The notes under the pieces were generated by a model. That model ran no database searches. It was not told the origin of the DNA and worked only from the letters and a program-made list of their open reading frames with translations. A stretch of 64,000 bases of DNA from an uncultured delta proteobacterium (GTDB taxonomy: Bacteria; Desulfobacterota; Binatia; UBA9968), in the NCBI GenBank assembly GCA_963804165.1, contig CAWDPO010000041.1:64001-128000 (forward strand), in the 5' to 3' direction. Below are positions 9,729 to 21,661 of this stretch, in pieces (the stretch's first letter is position 1; each line of letters begins with the position of its first letter). Both the position numbers and the translations under genes were made by a program.

Positions 9729-11444
9729 ATGCCGAAAATCACACTCAACAACGTCACGGTGTCCGACGCCTATATGGCGCTGCTTGCCGATCGTGGTATC
9801 GATTACTGGTTTGCCAACGCGGGGACGGATTTCGCTCCGGTCGTTGAGACTTTGGCCAAGGCGCAAGTGCTGGAGACGAAGGTACCGACGCCGGTCACTT
9901 GCCCGCACGAAAATACCGCGATGCACATGGCGATCGGTTACTTCCTGGTGACCGGACGGCCGCAAGCGGTGATGGTCCACGTAAATGTCGGCACCGCCAA
10001 CGGCATGAACGGGCTGCTCAATGCGGCGCGCGGCCATGTGCCGGTGCTCTTCACCGCCGGAAGAACGCCGACCAACGAGGATGGCTTGGCGGGACATCGC
10101 AGCCTCGATATTCACTGGACGCAAGAAATGTTCGATCAAGCGGGCATGCTGCGCGAGTCGGTCAAATGGGATTACGAGCTGCGCAACGGCCAGCAACTCG
10201 AGACCGTCGTCGACCGGGCGCTCAGCATTGCGAAAAGCGAACCGATGGGCCCGGTCTATCTTTCGCTGCCACGCGAAGTGCTGGCGCAGACGATGAACGA
10301 ATTCACTTATACGACGCCGTCGCGGCAACATCCGTCCGCTCCCGCGTCTCCCAATGGCGATGCTGCTGAAGAGGCGGCGGCGCTGCTCGCCGGCGCGGAG
10401 AATCCGCTGATCATCACCAGTTCCGCCGGGAGAGACCCGAAAGCCTGGACGGCGCTGGGGAAACTCGCAGAGCGCTACGCGATCCCGGTCATACAATACC
10501 GCAACCGGTATATGTCGGTTCCCAGCAATCATCCGATGAACTTGGGCTACGAGTTGAGTCCGCTACTCGACAATGCCGACGTGATTTTTGCGATCGACGT
10601 CCCAGTGCCGTGGTTGCCCGCCTACGACAAGGTGCGCGCCGACGCGAAAGTCATCCACATGGCGCCCGATCCGCTGCATGGTTACGTGCCGGTTCGCGGT
10701 CATCCTTGCGACATCGCGCTCGCCTGCTCGACCGCTGAAGGTTTGCGTGTGCTGAATGAAACCATGTCAGAGCACGAAGCGAGGGCGAAAATCCGCATCG
10801 ACAAACGCCGCGCGCTGCTCGGCGAAAGTTGGCGCACGATGCGCGATGGATGGCGCAAGAAGCTCGAGTCAGTCAAAGGTCAAACGCCGGTTCATCCGGC
10901 TTGGATCTCCAGTTGCATCAACGAGATCAAAGGTGAAGACACTATTGTGATCAAAGAATCACCGCTGGCGCAGGAGCATATCGACTTCACGATGCCCGCC
11001 ACCTTGTTCAACGCGGGCGCCGCGTCGGGTCTGGGTCATGGCCTCGGGTGTGCGCTCGGTGCTAAACTGGCGGCGCGTGATCGGCTGGTCATCGGCACCC
11101 ACGGCGACGGCTCGTACATGTTCGGTAATCCAATCTCGGCGCATTATGTCGGCGCCGAGCAGGAGCTGCCGGTTTTGACGGTGCTATTCAACAATCAACG
11201 CTGGCAGGCGGTGCGCCGGGCGACGGTCGGTCTCAATCGCGAGGGCTATGCGGCCAAGAGCCCGCACCAACCGATTACGTTCCTGGACAGCATTTCAAAT
11301 TACCAAAAGGCCGTGGAAGTCGCCGACGGCTACGGCGAAAAAGTCACCGATCCGAACGAGGTGATGGCCGCGCTCGAGCGCGGTCTCAAGGCGGTGACCG
11401 TGGAGAAACGCCAAGCGGTGATCAATATCATCTGTTCGGCGTAG
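9729..11444 (+). CDS. Thiamine pyrophosphate-dependent enzyme (acetolactate synthase/benzoylformate decarboxylase-like)
   Basis: NAGTDF, CPHE catalytic Glu, HVNVGTAN, GDGS...NN TPP-binding motif. Confidence 0.88.
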   Translation: MPKITLNNVTVSDAYMALLADRGIDYWFANAGTDFAPVVETLAKAQVLETKVPTPVTCPHENTAMHMAIGYFLVTGRPQAVMVHVNVGTANGMNGLLNAARGHVPVLFTAGRTPTNEDGLAGHRSLDIHWTQEMFDQAGMLRESVKWDYELRNGQQLETVVDRALSIAKSEPMGPVYLSLPREVLAQTMNEFTYTTPSRQHPSAPASPNGDAAEEAAALLAGAENPLIITSSAGRDPKAWTALGKLAERYAIPVIQYRNRYMSVPSNHPMNLGYELSPLLDNADVIFAIDVPVPWLPAYDKVRADAKVIHMAPDPLHGYVPVRGHPCDIALACSTAEGLRVLNETMSEHEARAKIRIDKRRALLGESWRTMRDGWRKKLESVKGQTPVHPAWISSCINEIKGEDTIVIKESPLAQEHIDFTMPATLFNAGAASGLGHGLGCALGAKLAARDRLVIGTHGDGSYMFGNPISAHYVGAEQELPVLTVLFNNQRWQAVRRATVGLNREGYAAKSPHQPITFLDSISNYQKAVEVADGYGEKVTDPNEVMAALERGLKAVTVEKRQAVINIICSA

Positions 11445-11544
11445 GCAAAACCTTCCCAAGACGGGGAGGGTCGTATACACTATCCAGGATGGATCGGTTG
11501 TCGAAGTCTTCCCCCGCTTTTTTGTCTGCCAGCGGTTCCGACGT

Positions 11545-11577
11545 GATGCCCGGGCTCTTCCTGGGTCATCCTTTTTG
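11545..11577 (+). terminator. Putative intrinsic terminator between the TPP gene and cysD
   Basis: GATGCCCGGG/CCTGGGTCATC stem followed by CTTTTT. Confidence 0.5.
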
Positions 11578-11659
11578 TCTGACCGCGGGACGCTTTTACC
11601 GCGGTTGGGCTGCGCCGAACTATCACTGCTAGAGAATCCAAGGAGTCGAAATATCTCGT

Positions 11660-12559
11660 ATGGTTGATGCCGTCTTTTCAGAGCTGGAGTCTGAGTCGAT
11701 CGAAATTATCCGGGAAGTGGCGGCAACGGCTGCCAAACCGGTGATGCTGTATTCGATCGGCAAAGACTCCTCGGTGATGTTGCGCCTGGCGCAAAAGGCT
11801 TTTTACCCCGGACCGATTCCGTTTCCGCTGATGCACATCGATACGGGCTGGAAGTTTCGTGAGATGATCGCGTTTCGCGACCGTACTGCCAGGGAAATCG
11901 GCTTTAAGTTGCTCACGTACACCAACCCGCGCGGCGCCGCCGAGGGGATCGGACCGATCAGCCATGGTTCGGCGTACCACACCGACGTCATGAAAACCGA
12001 GGCGCTCAAGCAAGCGCTCGATCTGCACGGCTTTGACGTGGCTTTCGGCGGCGCCAGGCGCGACGAGGAGAAATCACGGGCCAAGGAGCGCGTATTTTCG
12101 TTTCGTGCGCCCGGCCACCGTTGGGAACCGAAAGCGCAGCGTCCCGAACTCTGGAATCTTTACAACACGCGCATTAATCCTGGCGAATCCATACGCGTAT
12201 TTCCGCTTTCCAATTGGACGGAAGCCGACATCTGGGCCTACATCCGCCACGAGAATATTCCGATCGTGCCGCTTTATTTTGCCGCCAAGCGTCGCGTGGT
12301 CAAGCGCTTCGGCCAATGGATCTTGGTCGACGATGACCGGTTGCCACTCGAGCCCGGCGAAACACCGGAGATACGCATGGTGCGCTTTCGCACCCTGGGC
12401 TGCTATCCGCTTACCGCCGGTATTGAAAGCGGCGCAACGACGCTGGATGAAATTGTCGCCGAAACACTTGGCGCGACGACCTCCGAACGACAGGGACGGA
12501 TCATCGATCACGACGGCGCGGGCTCGATGGAGCGCAAGAAGCAGGAAGGGTATTTCTGA
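11660..12559 (+). CDS. cysD: Sulfate adenylyltransferase subunit 2
   Basis: YSIGKDS PP-loop, [40 protein letters not shown]. Confidence 0.96.
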   Translation: MVDAVFSELESESIEIIREVAATAAKPVMLYSIGKDSSVMLRLAQKAFYPGPIPFPLMHIDTGWKFREMIAFRDRTAREIGFKLLTYTNPRGAAEGIGPISHGSAYHTDVMKTEALKQALDLHGFDVAFGGARRDEEKSRAKERVFSFRAPGHRWEPKAQRPELWNLYNTRINPGESIRVFPLSNWTEADIWAYIRHENIPIVPLYFAAKRRVVKRFGQWILVDDDRLPLEPGETPEIRMVRFRTLGCYPLTAGIESGATTLDEIVAETLGATTSERQGRIIDHDGAGSMERKKQEGYF

Positions 12560-14385
12560 TGGATACCCTGCGCTTCATTACCTGCGGCAGCGTCGACGAT
12601 GGTAAATCGACTCTCATCGGCCGACTGCTTTACGAGTCCAAACTAATATTCGAGGATCAGCTCGAAGCGCTCAAGGCGGATTCCAAGAAATTTGGCACTC
12701 AGGGCGAGCGCTTGGACTTTGCCCTGCTGGTGGACGGCCTACAGGCCGAGCGGGAGCAGGGAATCACGATCGATGTTGCGTACCGATTCTTCGCCACGAC
12801 CAAGCGCCGTTTCATCGTCGCTGATACCCCCGGCCATGAACAGTACACCCGCAACATGGCGACCGGAGCGTCGACCGCGCAGGCGGCGGTCTTGCTGATC
12901 GATGCCCGCAAGGGCGTGCTCACCCAAACCAAGCGCCACAGCCGCATCGTCTCGATGCTGGGCATTCGTCACGTAGCTCTCGCGGTCAACAAGATGGATC
13001 TCGTGGCGTGGTCGCAACTGACCTTTGATGAAATCGAGCTCGCCTTTCGTCGCTTTGCCCAGGATCTGGGTTTTGAGACGATCACGGCGATCCCGTTGTC
13101 AGCGCTCGAGGGGCACAATATCGTCGACCCGGGCCACGCTGCGATGCCTTGGTACGAAGGATCGACTCTTTTGGATTGGCTCGAAACCGTTCCGAGCGAG
13201 CAGCACGAGACGATCCGACCCTTCACCATGCCGGTGCAATGGGTTAACCGGCCCAACCTGGACTTCCGCGGGTTCTCCGGACGCATCGCCAGCGGATCCG
13301 TCAAGCCCGGAGATAATGTGCGCATCAGTCCTTCGGGGGTTGCCAGCACCGTGAAGGAAATCGCCGTCTCCGGGGGTCCCCGAGAAACCGCGATCGCTGG
13401 TCAGTCCGTCACCCTGGTCCTTGAAGATGAGGTCGACGCCAGCCGCGGTGACGTCATCGCGACCGCTGCACACCCGATTGAGTGCGCTGACCAGTTTGAA
13501 GCGGATCTCTTGTGGATGACCGAGCATGCCTTGCTGCCCGGGCGTCCCTATGCGGCGCTGCTCCACAGCAAATCTGCGAGCGTGACCATCACGCACATCA
13601 AGCACCGTCTCGACATCAACAGCGGTGTTCACCTCGCCGCCAAGACGTTGGGCTTGAACGAAATCGCAACGGTGAACGTGAGTTTTGATCGGTCGGTGCC
13701 GTTTGCGCCGTTTAGCGAAAACAAACGACTGGGCGCTTTCATTGTCATCGATAAGCTCACCAACGAGACCGTCGGCGCCGGTCTCATCCGGTTTGCGCTG
13801 CGTCGATCGGGGAACGTCCACTGGCAAGCGTTGGAGGTCACCAAGGTCGCCAGGGCCGCGATGAAGCATCAAGAGGCGCGCTGCCTGTGGTTTACCGGGC
13901 TTTCGGGTTCAGGTAAGTCGACGATTGCCAACCTGCTGGAAAAGCGGCTACACGCCGACGGCAGGCATACCTACATTCTCGACGGCGATAACGTTCGTCA
14001 CGGACTTAATCGAGATCTGGGATTCACCGAGGCCGACCGCGTGGAAAATATTCGCCGGGTGGCAGAAGTCGCGAAGCTCCTAGTGGATGCGGGGTTGATC
14101 GTGATCGTCGCTTTTATTTCACCGTTCCGCGCGGAGCGCCAATTGGCCCGCGGCCTGTTCGATGACCGCGAATTTATCGAAGTCTTCGTCGATACACCGT
14201 TGGAAGAGTGCGAACGCCGTGACATCAAGGGTCTCTATGCCAAGGCGCGGCGCGGGGAACTGAAGAACTTCACAGGTATCGATAGCGACTACGAGCCGCC
14301 GGACTCGGCCGAAGTACATCTGCGAACGGTGGGGATGCGGCCCGAATCCTGCGTTGACCAGATCATCCGTTTGTGGCGATCGTAA
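12559..14385 (+). CDS. cysNC: Bifunctional sulfate adenylyltransferase subunit 1 / APS kinase
   Basis: [18 protein letters not shown] GTPase motifs; C-terminal [12 protein letters not shown] and [13 protein letters not shown] kinase; TGATG overlap with cysD. Confidence 0.95.
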   Translation: MDTLRFITCGSVDDGKSTLIGRLLYESKLIFEDQLEALKADSKKFGTQGERLDFALLVDGLQAEREQGITIDVAYRFFATTKRRFIVADTPGHEQYTRNMATGASTAQAAVLLIDARKGVLTQTKRHSRIVSMLGIRHVALAVNKMDLVAWSQLTFDEIELAFRRFAQDLGFETITAIPLSALEGHNIVDPGHAAMPWYEGSTLLDWLETVPSEQHETIRPFTMPVQWVNRPNLDFRGFSGRIASGSVKPGDNVRISPSGVASTVKEIAVSGGPRETAIAGQSVTLVLEDEVDASRGDVIATAAHPIECADQFEADLLWMTEHALLPGRPYAALLHSKSASVTITHIKHRLDINSGVHLAAKTLGLNEIATVNVSFDRSVPFAPFSENKRLGAFIVIDKLTNETVGAGLIRFALRRSGNVHWQALEVTKVARAAMKHQEARCLWFTGLSGSGKSTIANLLEKRLHADGRHTYILDGDNVRHGLNRDLGFTEADRVENIRRVAEVAKLLVDAGLIVIVAFISPFRAERQLARGLFDDREFIEVFVDTPLEECERRDIKGLYAKARRGELKNFTGIDSDYEPPDSAEVHLRTVGMRPESCVDQIIRLWRS

Positions 14386-14588
14386 AATGCTTCGTGCCAG
14401 TCATTGGTATAGTCTGGAGACAAGCGCAAGGTAATCTCAACTGCTCGTTGAATGCGTCACCGAACGCACGCCGCCGTCGATCGAGGATCCCTGTCAAATT
14501 ATGCGATTTCGCCGATCCTGCGCGTTAATCAAAGCCGACAGTCAAACGCGGGAGATTGGCTGCCTGCACAAAGGCTGTCGGTCTCGCT

Positions 14589-15062
14589 ATGTTGATTAAT
14601 CGCCGTACGCTGCGGATTGAATGGGGCCAGTGCGATCCCGCCGGGATCGTATTCTATCCGCAATATCTCATCATCTTCGATACCAGCACGGGCTGGCTAT
14701 TCGAGCGCACCGGCTTAACTCCCTCGGCGATGCGAAAAAAATATCGTATCGTCGGGATGCCTATCGTCGAAGTGGGCGCGCGATTCATTTTGCCTTGCCG
14801 CTTCGACGACGAGATCATCGTCGAAAGCGAGGTCGGCGAGTGGGGGCGCAGCAGCTTCACCGTGCGTCATCGTATCCTCAAAGCAGGCGAGCTCGCGCTC
14901 GATGGTTTTGAGAAACGCGTTTGGGCGGCGCCTCATCCCGACCGACTCGGCGCGATCAAAGCTCAACCCGTTCCGGCTGAAATCATCGCAAGCCTATCCG
15001 ATCCGACTGGTTCTACGACTATAAAATTCCAAGACACCGGCGACCGTCAAAGCGAAACCTGA
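14589..15062 (+). CDS. Acyl-CoA thioesterase (4-hydroxybenzoyl-CoA thioesterase, hotdog fold)
   Basis: WGQCDPAGIVFYPQY motif. Confidence 0.88.
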   Translation: MLINRRTLRIEWGQCDPAGIVFYPQYLIIFDTSTGWLFERTGLTPSAMRKKYRIVGMPIVEVGARFILPCRFDDEIIVESEVGEWGRSSFTVRHRILKAGELALDGFEKRVWAAPHPDRLGAIKAQPVPAEIIASLSDPTGSTTIKFQDTGDRQSET

Positions 15063-15173
15063 AACCATAGCGATAGGGGGCTAGGGTTGGCGCGGCAATT
15101 CCCCCTTGTTGCCTGGCGCGAATTGAGTATGATGACGTCGCGATCCGCACTCACCTGTAGTGGAGGGGCGACG

Positions 15174-16229
15174 ATGAAGTGGAAAAACTTAACGCGTTGT
15201 CTGGCACCGGCATCATTCCTTGTTATAGTTTTAACTGTTCCTCTCCACGCTCAGGCGCCTTTTTATCAGGGCAAAACGTTAACGATCATTGTCAGCAGTG
15301 ACGCGGGAGGCACCAGCGATCTGCGGGTCAAGTCGCTCGTGCCGTACCTGCAAAAATACATTCCGGGAAATCCCACTGTCGTGCTCGAGTACATGCCCGG
15401 GGGTGGCGGGCGAAAAGCCGCCAATCACGTTTACCGGACAGCGCGACCCGATGGCATGGTGATCGGCAGCATGGGGACGACTCTTTTAGCGGCTGCGATC
15501 CAATCCGAGTCGGGAGTTCTGTACGATTTGAACAAATTTATTTATCTGGGCTCATCCGACGCCACCACCCAGCATATCTTTTCTACCCGAAAAGAAATCG
15601 GGCTGACGAATCTCGAAAAACTCCGCGGCGCGCCCGGGATAAGAATAGGCGCTCAATCCATAGGTCACAATATCTACATCACCGGCAGGCTCTTCGCGTT
15701 TTTCCTCGGTCTGAAAGATCCCAAGTTCGTTGTCGGATATTCCGGACCGGAGGTCGATCTAGCTCTGCTGCGCGGCGAGGTCGATGCCCGATCGAGCTTG
15801 ATCGCTTCCGTCGTGCAACGAACACCGGAATGGATCGACAAAGGTCTCGTCGATTTTCATGCTGTTCTCGAAACGCCCAAGGGTAACCGGCATCACCGCT
15901 TTGCTCACTTGCCAGAACTCGAGACATTCGCCAAATCGGATATAGAGCGGAAAGTGTTGGCGCTGCAGCGCGCCATCCGTCTGGGCGGATCAGCCATCGT
16001 GCTCCCGCCAAACACGCCGCGCGATCGGATGGAAATTTTGCAAGCGGCCATGCGCAAGGCGCTTAACGATCCTGGGTTCTTAGCGTCGTTCCGCAAGCTT
16101 GTCGGCGAAGATCCGGCGCCGCTCCAACCCGAGGAGCTACAAAAAGTTATCCAGGAAGTTCCGCGCGATCCCGAGGTGATCGGACTTTTCAATAAGATCG
16201 CCGGCGCCGAAAGGCTGCCGGACCGATAA
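15174..16229 (+). CDS. Tripartite tricarboxylate transporter-type substrate-binding protein (TctC/Bug-like)
   Basis: Signal peptide; FYQGKT..IV...GG..D, IPGNP..V...MPGGGG, PDG motifs. Confidence 0.85.
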   Translation: MKWKNLTRCLAPASFLVIVLTVPLHAQAPFYQGKTLTIIVSSDAGGTSDLRVKSLVPYLQKYIPGNPTVVLEYMPGGGGRKAANHVYRTARPDGMVIGSMGTTLLAAAIQSESGVLYDLNKFIYLGSSDATTQHIFSTRKEIGLTNLEKLRGAPGIRIGAQSIGHNIYITGRLFAFFLGLKDPKFVVGYSGPEVDLALLRGEVDARSSLIASVVQRTPEWIDKGLVDFHAVLETPKGNRHHRFAHLPELETFAKSDIERKVLALQRAIRLGGSAIVLPPNTPRDRMEILQAAMRKALNDPGFLASFRKLVGEDPAPLQPEELQKVIQEVPRDPEVIGLFNKIAGAERLPDR

Positions 16230-16381
16230 GAAAGCTGATTTTGAAACTTGATTTCCGACGCTGTCAGCATGAGTCGAAGTGGATACTAAAAGCTCTAATT
16301 CGTATCTGGCTCAACTCGATCGGTGCGACTCGGTAAGGTTTATTGACGACCGGACGGAGAAAAACAATAGGAAGGACGAAA

Positions 16382-17362
16382 ATGGCAATGACCGCGAATT
16401 CTGCGAGCGCAACTGAAATTCCTGCCGCCAAACAGCCGCGCTTTTCCGGCATGAGCCACGTAAGCCTGGCGTGCCGCGATCTTGAAGAATCGAAGATTTT
16501 TTATTCCCAAGTTATGAGCGGAGAGCTGGTTCATGAGATCGCCGGCTTCGTCGAATACCGTATCGCCGACATCATCTTCGGGCTTTCCAAACAGAGCGGC
16601 GGCTGGACCGGCGCCGCCGACGAATATCCCCATTACGCGTTTTATCTCGACGGCGCAAATTTCGAACTCATGAAACATTGGCTCGATCACCACGGTGTCC
16701 CCAACTATCCCTATCGGCGCGGCGAGACGGCGCTTATTTACTTCCGCGACCCTTCGGGTAATCTCTTCGAGCTTTATTGCGAGCGCGGCTATGACGGGAT
16801 TGCATCTTTGCCATCAGCGCCCCGAAGAGGAGGGCCAGCGATCGACTTTCGCAGTCTCAACTACCAATGGAACGCCAATAGCGTGAGGCCGAGTGTCGTG
16901 GAAACTGAGCGGCCGCGCCTCACATCGTTCGCTCACGCGAGCATTTTCTGCACCGATCTTGAACAGGCGAAACGTTTTTTTACCCAAGTCATTGGCGGCG
17001 AGCTCATCCATGACGTCGACGGATTCGCGGAAGTGCGCGTCGCCGGGGTCATCATCGGCCTTACGGTTCGCCCTGGAACGACCACCGGGCGCGACGCCGA
17101 ATATCCTCATTACGCTTTTTTCATTGAAGGAGAAGATTTTCTGCCCATGGTCGCGTGGCTGCGGCAAAGCGGCGTCGTCACGACCGAGCCGTGGACGCGC
17201 GACGGCGTCAAAGGTTTGCTCTACTTTCGCGATCCGGCGGGAAATCTCTTCGAGATGTACTGCCGCCACCTCAAAGAGGCGGCTTCATTTGTGCGCGGCA
17301 AAAAGCAAGGCGGCGGCTACGAGATCGATTTCGCGGCTCTGAATTACGACTGGAACGGATAG
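16382..17362 (+). CDS. Tandem two-domain VOC/glyoxalase family protein
   Basis: Two repeats of H-x-S...DLE..K.F, EYPHYAF, YFRDPxGNLFE. Confidence 0.85.
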   Translation: MAMTANSASATEIPAAKQPRFSGMSHVSLACRDLEESKIFYSQVMSGELVHEIAGFVEYRIADIIFGLSKQSGGWTGAADEYPHYAFYLDGANFELMKHWLDHHGVPNYPYRRGETALIYFRDPSGNLFELYCERGYDGIASLPSAPRRGGPAIDFRSLNYQWNANSVRPSVVETERPRLTSFAHASIFCTDLEQAKRFFTQVIGGELIHDVDGFAEVRVAGVIIGLTVRPGTTTGRDAEYPHYAFFIEGEDFLPMVAWLRQSGVVTTEPWTRDGVKGLLYFRDPAGNLFEMYCRHLKEAASFVRGKKQGGGYEIDFAALNYDWNG

Positions 17363-17671
17363 AGAATGCCAAACACCTTGCGCCGAGGGCGTAACATCTT
17401 CAACCTGTAACGACGACGGAACGACATTAGTTGACGCCGGCACTTGGGCCGCATAAGGTCAGCTGTGTCGGAACCCGAGAGTCAATTACCGCTTCCCTGT
17501 TGTCCCGAGCTGTTAGCCTGGTACTTATTCAAAGCAAGCAACAATCCGTATTGACGTCGAAAAAGTGTCAGGTTGTGGTCTCGCGGGCAGAGCAAGCTTT
17601 TCAATAAAGGGCCTTCCCTCAGGGGGCATTGTTCTATATATCTAGACGCCGGTTCGGGGAGATAATCATCG

Positions 17672-20414
17672 ATGAAAAAAGGCTCGCTCATACTTCTGGC
17701 GGCAATCGTTGCTGTCGTGGTGGCGTTCTTCGTTTTCAGCCGCTACTTCGTCGACCTATTATGGTTTAGCTCGCTGGGATTTCGCGAGGTGTTTACGACC
17801 ACCTGGCTCACCGCGCTCGGTGTATTCGTCGCTGCGGCCGGACTCTCGGCCGCGATCTTGCTGCTCAATGGCTTCATCGCCGCGCGGGCGACATCTGGAA
17901 GAACGCATCGACCGCAGAGCTTCAGGATTATCGGTCGTGGCGCCCAAGGGAATCCTGAGGTCATCGAGCTTTCCTTCGACAAGCTGCCATGGCGACTGAT
18001 CGTTGCCGGGGTGGCCCTAATCGTCGGCTTGTTCATCGGCATCGCCCAAATGGACAACTGGGACACTCTACTCAAGTGGTTCTATGCGGTCCCCTTCGGA
18101 AGGCCTGATCCGTTATTCGAAAAGGACCTCGGGTTTTACGTGTTTTCACTTCCCCTCTATGAACTGTTCAGAGATTGGGCGCTGCTGATAGTTTTTCTAA
18201 GCGCCGCGAGCGCCGCCGCCATCTATCTGCTGCGCGGCGACATCATTTATCAGCAAGCGGGACCGCCTACGCTCAGCGCCGCGGCAATCCGTCACCTATC
18301 CGCACTGTTGGCGATATTTTTTCTCGTCAAAGCCGGCGGCTATATTCTGCAGCGTTACGATCTGCTGACCAGCAATAACGGGATCGTCTTCGGGGCCGCC
18401 TATACCGACGTCAATCTGCGCTTGCCGTTGTTAATCGGTCTAGCCGGCGCGGCAATCATCGCGGCGGCCCTATGCGTTTACAATATTTGGCTTGGCGGTC
18501 TTCGCCTGCCCATCGTGGCGGTCATCTTGGTCGTCGCCGTGTCGATTGTGCAAACGATCGTGCCCGGGGCTTTTCAAAGCTATTGGGTGAAGCCGGACGA
18601 GCTCAAGCTGGAATCGCGCTACATCGCCAAAAACATCGAGCTCACCCGCTACGGTTTCGGTCTGGATAGCATCACCAGCGCGCCGTTCCCCGCGAAAGGG
18701 AAGCTCACGCCCGAGGTGATCGCGGCAAACCAGGCGACGATCCAGAATATCCGGTGGTGGGATCCGCGCCCGCTACGGATACGTACCGTCAACTCCAGGA
18801 AATCCGCCTTTACTACGACTTCCACGACATCGACGTCGACCGTTACATGATCGATGGCAGCTACCGGCAAGTCTTGCTCTCGGCGCGCGAGTTGAATCAG
18901 TCGAAACTGCCGGCCGACGCGCAAACCTGGATCAATCAGCGCTTCAAGTTTACCCATGGCAACGGCATCGCCATGAACCCGGTCAATCGCTTCGACGAGG
19001 AAGGGCTGCCGATTTTTTACGTCAAGGATATTCCTCCCGTGGGTCCGCCGGAGCTGAAGATCGACCGCCCGCAGATCTATTTCGGGGAGGAGACCAGAAA
19101 TTATGTCATCGTCGGCGGCGGCACCACAGAATTCGACTACGCCAAGGGCCAGGAGAATGTCTACAACGTCTATGAAGGCCGCGACGGCGTGTCCTTGGGC
19201 AGTCTGTGGCGGCGCGCATTATTTGCCTGGGCTTTCGGCGATTTCAATCTGTTCATCAGCGAGAACGTAACCGCGACGAGCAAGGTTCTTTTTCGGCGCC
19301 TGATTCAGGACCGCATTCGCCGCATCGCGCCTTTTCTCCGTCTCGATCGCGATCCTTATCTGGTCGTCAGCGACGGGCGCTTGATCTGGCTGCAGGATGC
19401 TTACACCATCAGCGACTCGCTGCCGTACTCCCAGCGCACCCAGCCCGGCAGCATCAACTATATCGCAACTCGGTGAAGATCGCGGTCGACGCCTATGACG
19501 GCAATCCGATTTTTTACATCGCCGATCCGAAAGATCCCATCGTGCTCACGTATCAACGCATCTTCCCGACGTTATTTCAGCCGATGGATTCGATGCCGGC
19601 GTCGTTACGCGCTCATATCCGATACCCGGAAGATCTTTTTATCATTCAAGCGAGAGTGTACGGCACCTATCACATGAAGGATCCCGAGGTATTCTACAAC
19701 AAGGAAGACTTGTGGAATTTCCCGAGAGAAGCCCACAAAGGACAAGCCGGCACGATGCAGCCCTATTACACGATCATGCGTTTGCCAGGGGAGCCGCGCG
19801 AGGAATTTATTCTCATGATACCCATGGTGCCCAACAATCGCGACAACATGATCGCCTGGCTGGCCGCGCGCTGCGACGGACCGAACTACGGCAAGGTGAT
19901 CGAGTTTACGTTTTCCAAAGAGAAACTCATCTACGGCCCGGCGCAGATCGAGGCGCGCATCGATCAGGACACCACGATCTCCCAGCAGCTTTCGCTGTGG
20001 AACCAGGCTGGCTCCCGCGTCATTCGCGGCAATCTTCTGGTGATTCCGATCGACGACACCTTGTTGTACGTCGAGCCGATGTATCTCAGCGCCGAAAGCC
20101 GCCAGTTACCGGAGCTCAAGCGCCTGATCGCTTCCACCGGCGATCGCGTCGTCATGGCGCAGACGTCGAAGTTTGCTCGCCGCGCTCGTCGCGCCGGACA
20201 CGCGCAGGCCGCCAACCGTGGTCACGTCAACAGCCCCGACCACGCCCGGGTCCGCGCAAGCGGACCGCCTCCCTCAGGAGCCAATGCCGAAGCTCTTAAC
20301 CACTACCGGCGCGCGTTCGACGCGCTAAGCAAAGGCGACTGGCGTACTTTTGGTACGGAAATGGATGCGATGCAAAAAGCCTTGCAAGGCGCGCCGGCGA
20401 AGCCGCCTTCCTAG
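17672..20414 (+). CDS. UPF0182 family membrane protein (frameshifted near 18780, 19465 and probably ~20170)
   Basis: DPLFEKDLGFYVFSLP, GAAYTDV, NIRWWD, DIDVDRY, THG, RNSVK, YPEDLF, IRGNLLVIPI, YVEP motifs spread over three frames. Confidence 0.85.
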
Positions 20415-20605
20415 CGAAGAGATCGGAGAATTTGGTTGAGCGGAATTGGTCCGTACTGAATGGATGAATAAGAGCGAGAAACCGGCCTCCGACTTGCGAA
20501 ACTTACTCGAAACTCATTTGTTCTCCAGATGGAGTTAGCCTAGTCAGGCACGAGTGGCGGCGCGCGGTCAAACGCTAAAATAGTTTGCCGGCTCTGCAAT
20601 CCAAC

Positions 20606-21661
20606 CTAACGCACCGGCAACGGTTTGTTGCCGTTGATCCATTTGAAGAGTTCAATCGTTTCCGCGTCGCGCGGCACCGACCTGATGATTTCTTCCTGAG
20701 CTTCCGGCATCAACGCGCTCGGGCTGTCTCCGGTCAATTTCTTGAACTCTTTGTGGAACTCAGGGTCTTGAAAGGTTTTCTTCATCGCCTCGCGCAAAAT
20801 TTGCACTTGCTCTTTGGGCGTGCCGGGAGAAAGGAGATAGGGCGTCCCGACGAGTCTGGTAGCGCGCGTCAAGCCCAGGAACCGCCGCTCTCTCTCGGTT
20901 TTCACAAAGCCGTCGATTTCCGGAAGATGATCGAAATCCGGCTCCTTGTCTTCCCTGGGTATCTTCAAGATGGCAATAAAATCGAACAGTCCTTTTTTCA
21001 CCGCCTCGGGGTTTCGCCGGATCACCTCGGCGGTATTGTTGCTGCGCGCATCCAGTTCTCCCCGCCCCATGGCCACATCGACTTCTATGGATGAGTAGCC
21101 CAAGACGAATCTGGGGTCCTTGAGACCGAGAAGCCAAGCAAAAGTGCGTCCGTAAGTGTACGTGGTATGGCCGACGGAGGTGGCGCCGATTCGCAGTCCT
21201 GGGTGAGCTTGCAGCTTTTCCATAGTATTCAGCCCCAGCTCTTTCCGAGTAAAGAAAGCATAGTGAAACGCGCTGTCAGTGGAGCCGAGCCATTGGAATT
21301 TATCGATGTCATATTGCACACCGGTCTCACCCAGGACGGCGCTGGTCACAATACCGCTGCTGATATGTCCGATGGTAAGACCGTCCGGGCGCGCCGTGCT
21401 AAAAATGTAATTGGCCGCCTTGCGGCCTCCGCCGCCCGGCATGAACTCGTTGATGATGGTGGGATTTCCCGGAATGTATTTTCTTAAGAACGGTATGACC
21501 GCTTTCGACCGGATATCGCCCGAACCGCCGGCCTCGCGGCCCTGGATGAGTTTGATAGTCTTGCCTTGATAATACGGCGACTGCGCGTAGACATGCCCGC
21601 CAAATCCGAGGAAGGCAACGGCGCCGATAAGCCAAATTTTTACGAATGCTCCAATTTGCAT
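20606..21661 (-). CDS. TctC/Bug-like substrate-binding protein (paralog of 15174-16229)
   Basis: YYQGKTI, IPGNP, MPGGGGRKAAN, PDGLTIG; signal peptide. Confidence 0.85.
   Translation of the reverse strand: MQIGAFVKIWLIGAVAFLGFGGHVYAQSPYYQGKTIKLIQGREAGGSGDIRSKAVIPFLRKYIPGNPTIINEFMPGGGGRKAANYIFSTARPDGLTIGHISSGIVTSAVLGETGVQYDIDKFQWLGSTDSAFHYAFFTRKELGLNTMEKLQAHPGLRIGATSVGHTTYTYGRTFAWLLGLKDPRFVLGYSSIEVDVAMGRGELDARSNNTAEVIRRNPEAVKKGLFDFIAILKIPREDKEPDFDHLPEIDGFVKTERERRFLGLTRATRLVGTPYLLSPGTPKEQVQILREAMKKTFQDPEFHKEFKKLTGDSPSALMPEAQEEIIRSVPRDAETIELFKWINGNKPLPVR

Noticed and set aside
11460-11650. SAM riboswitch upstream of cysD
   Set aside because: Hairpins exist but SAM-I/II core motifs are not recognisable; the terminator is explained by the upstream gene
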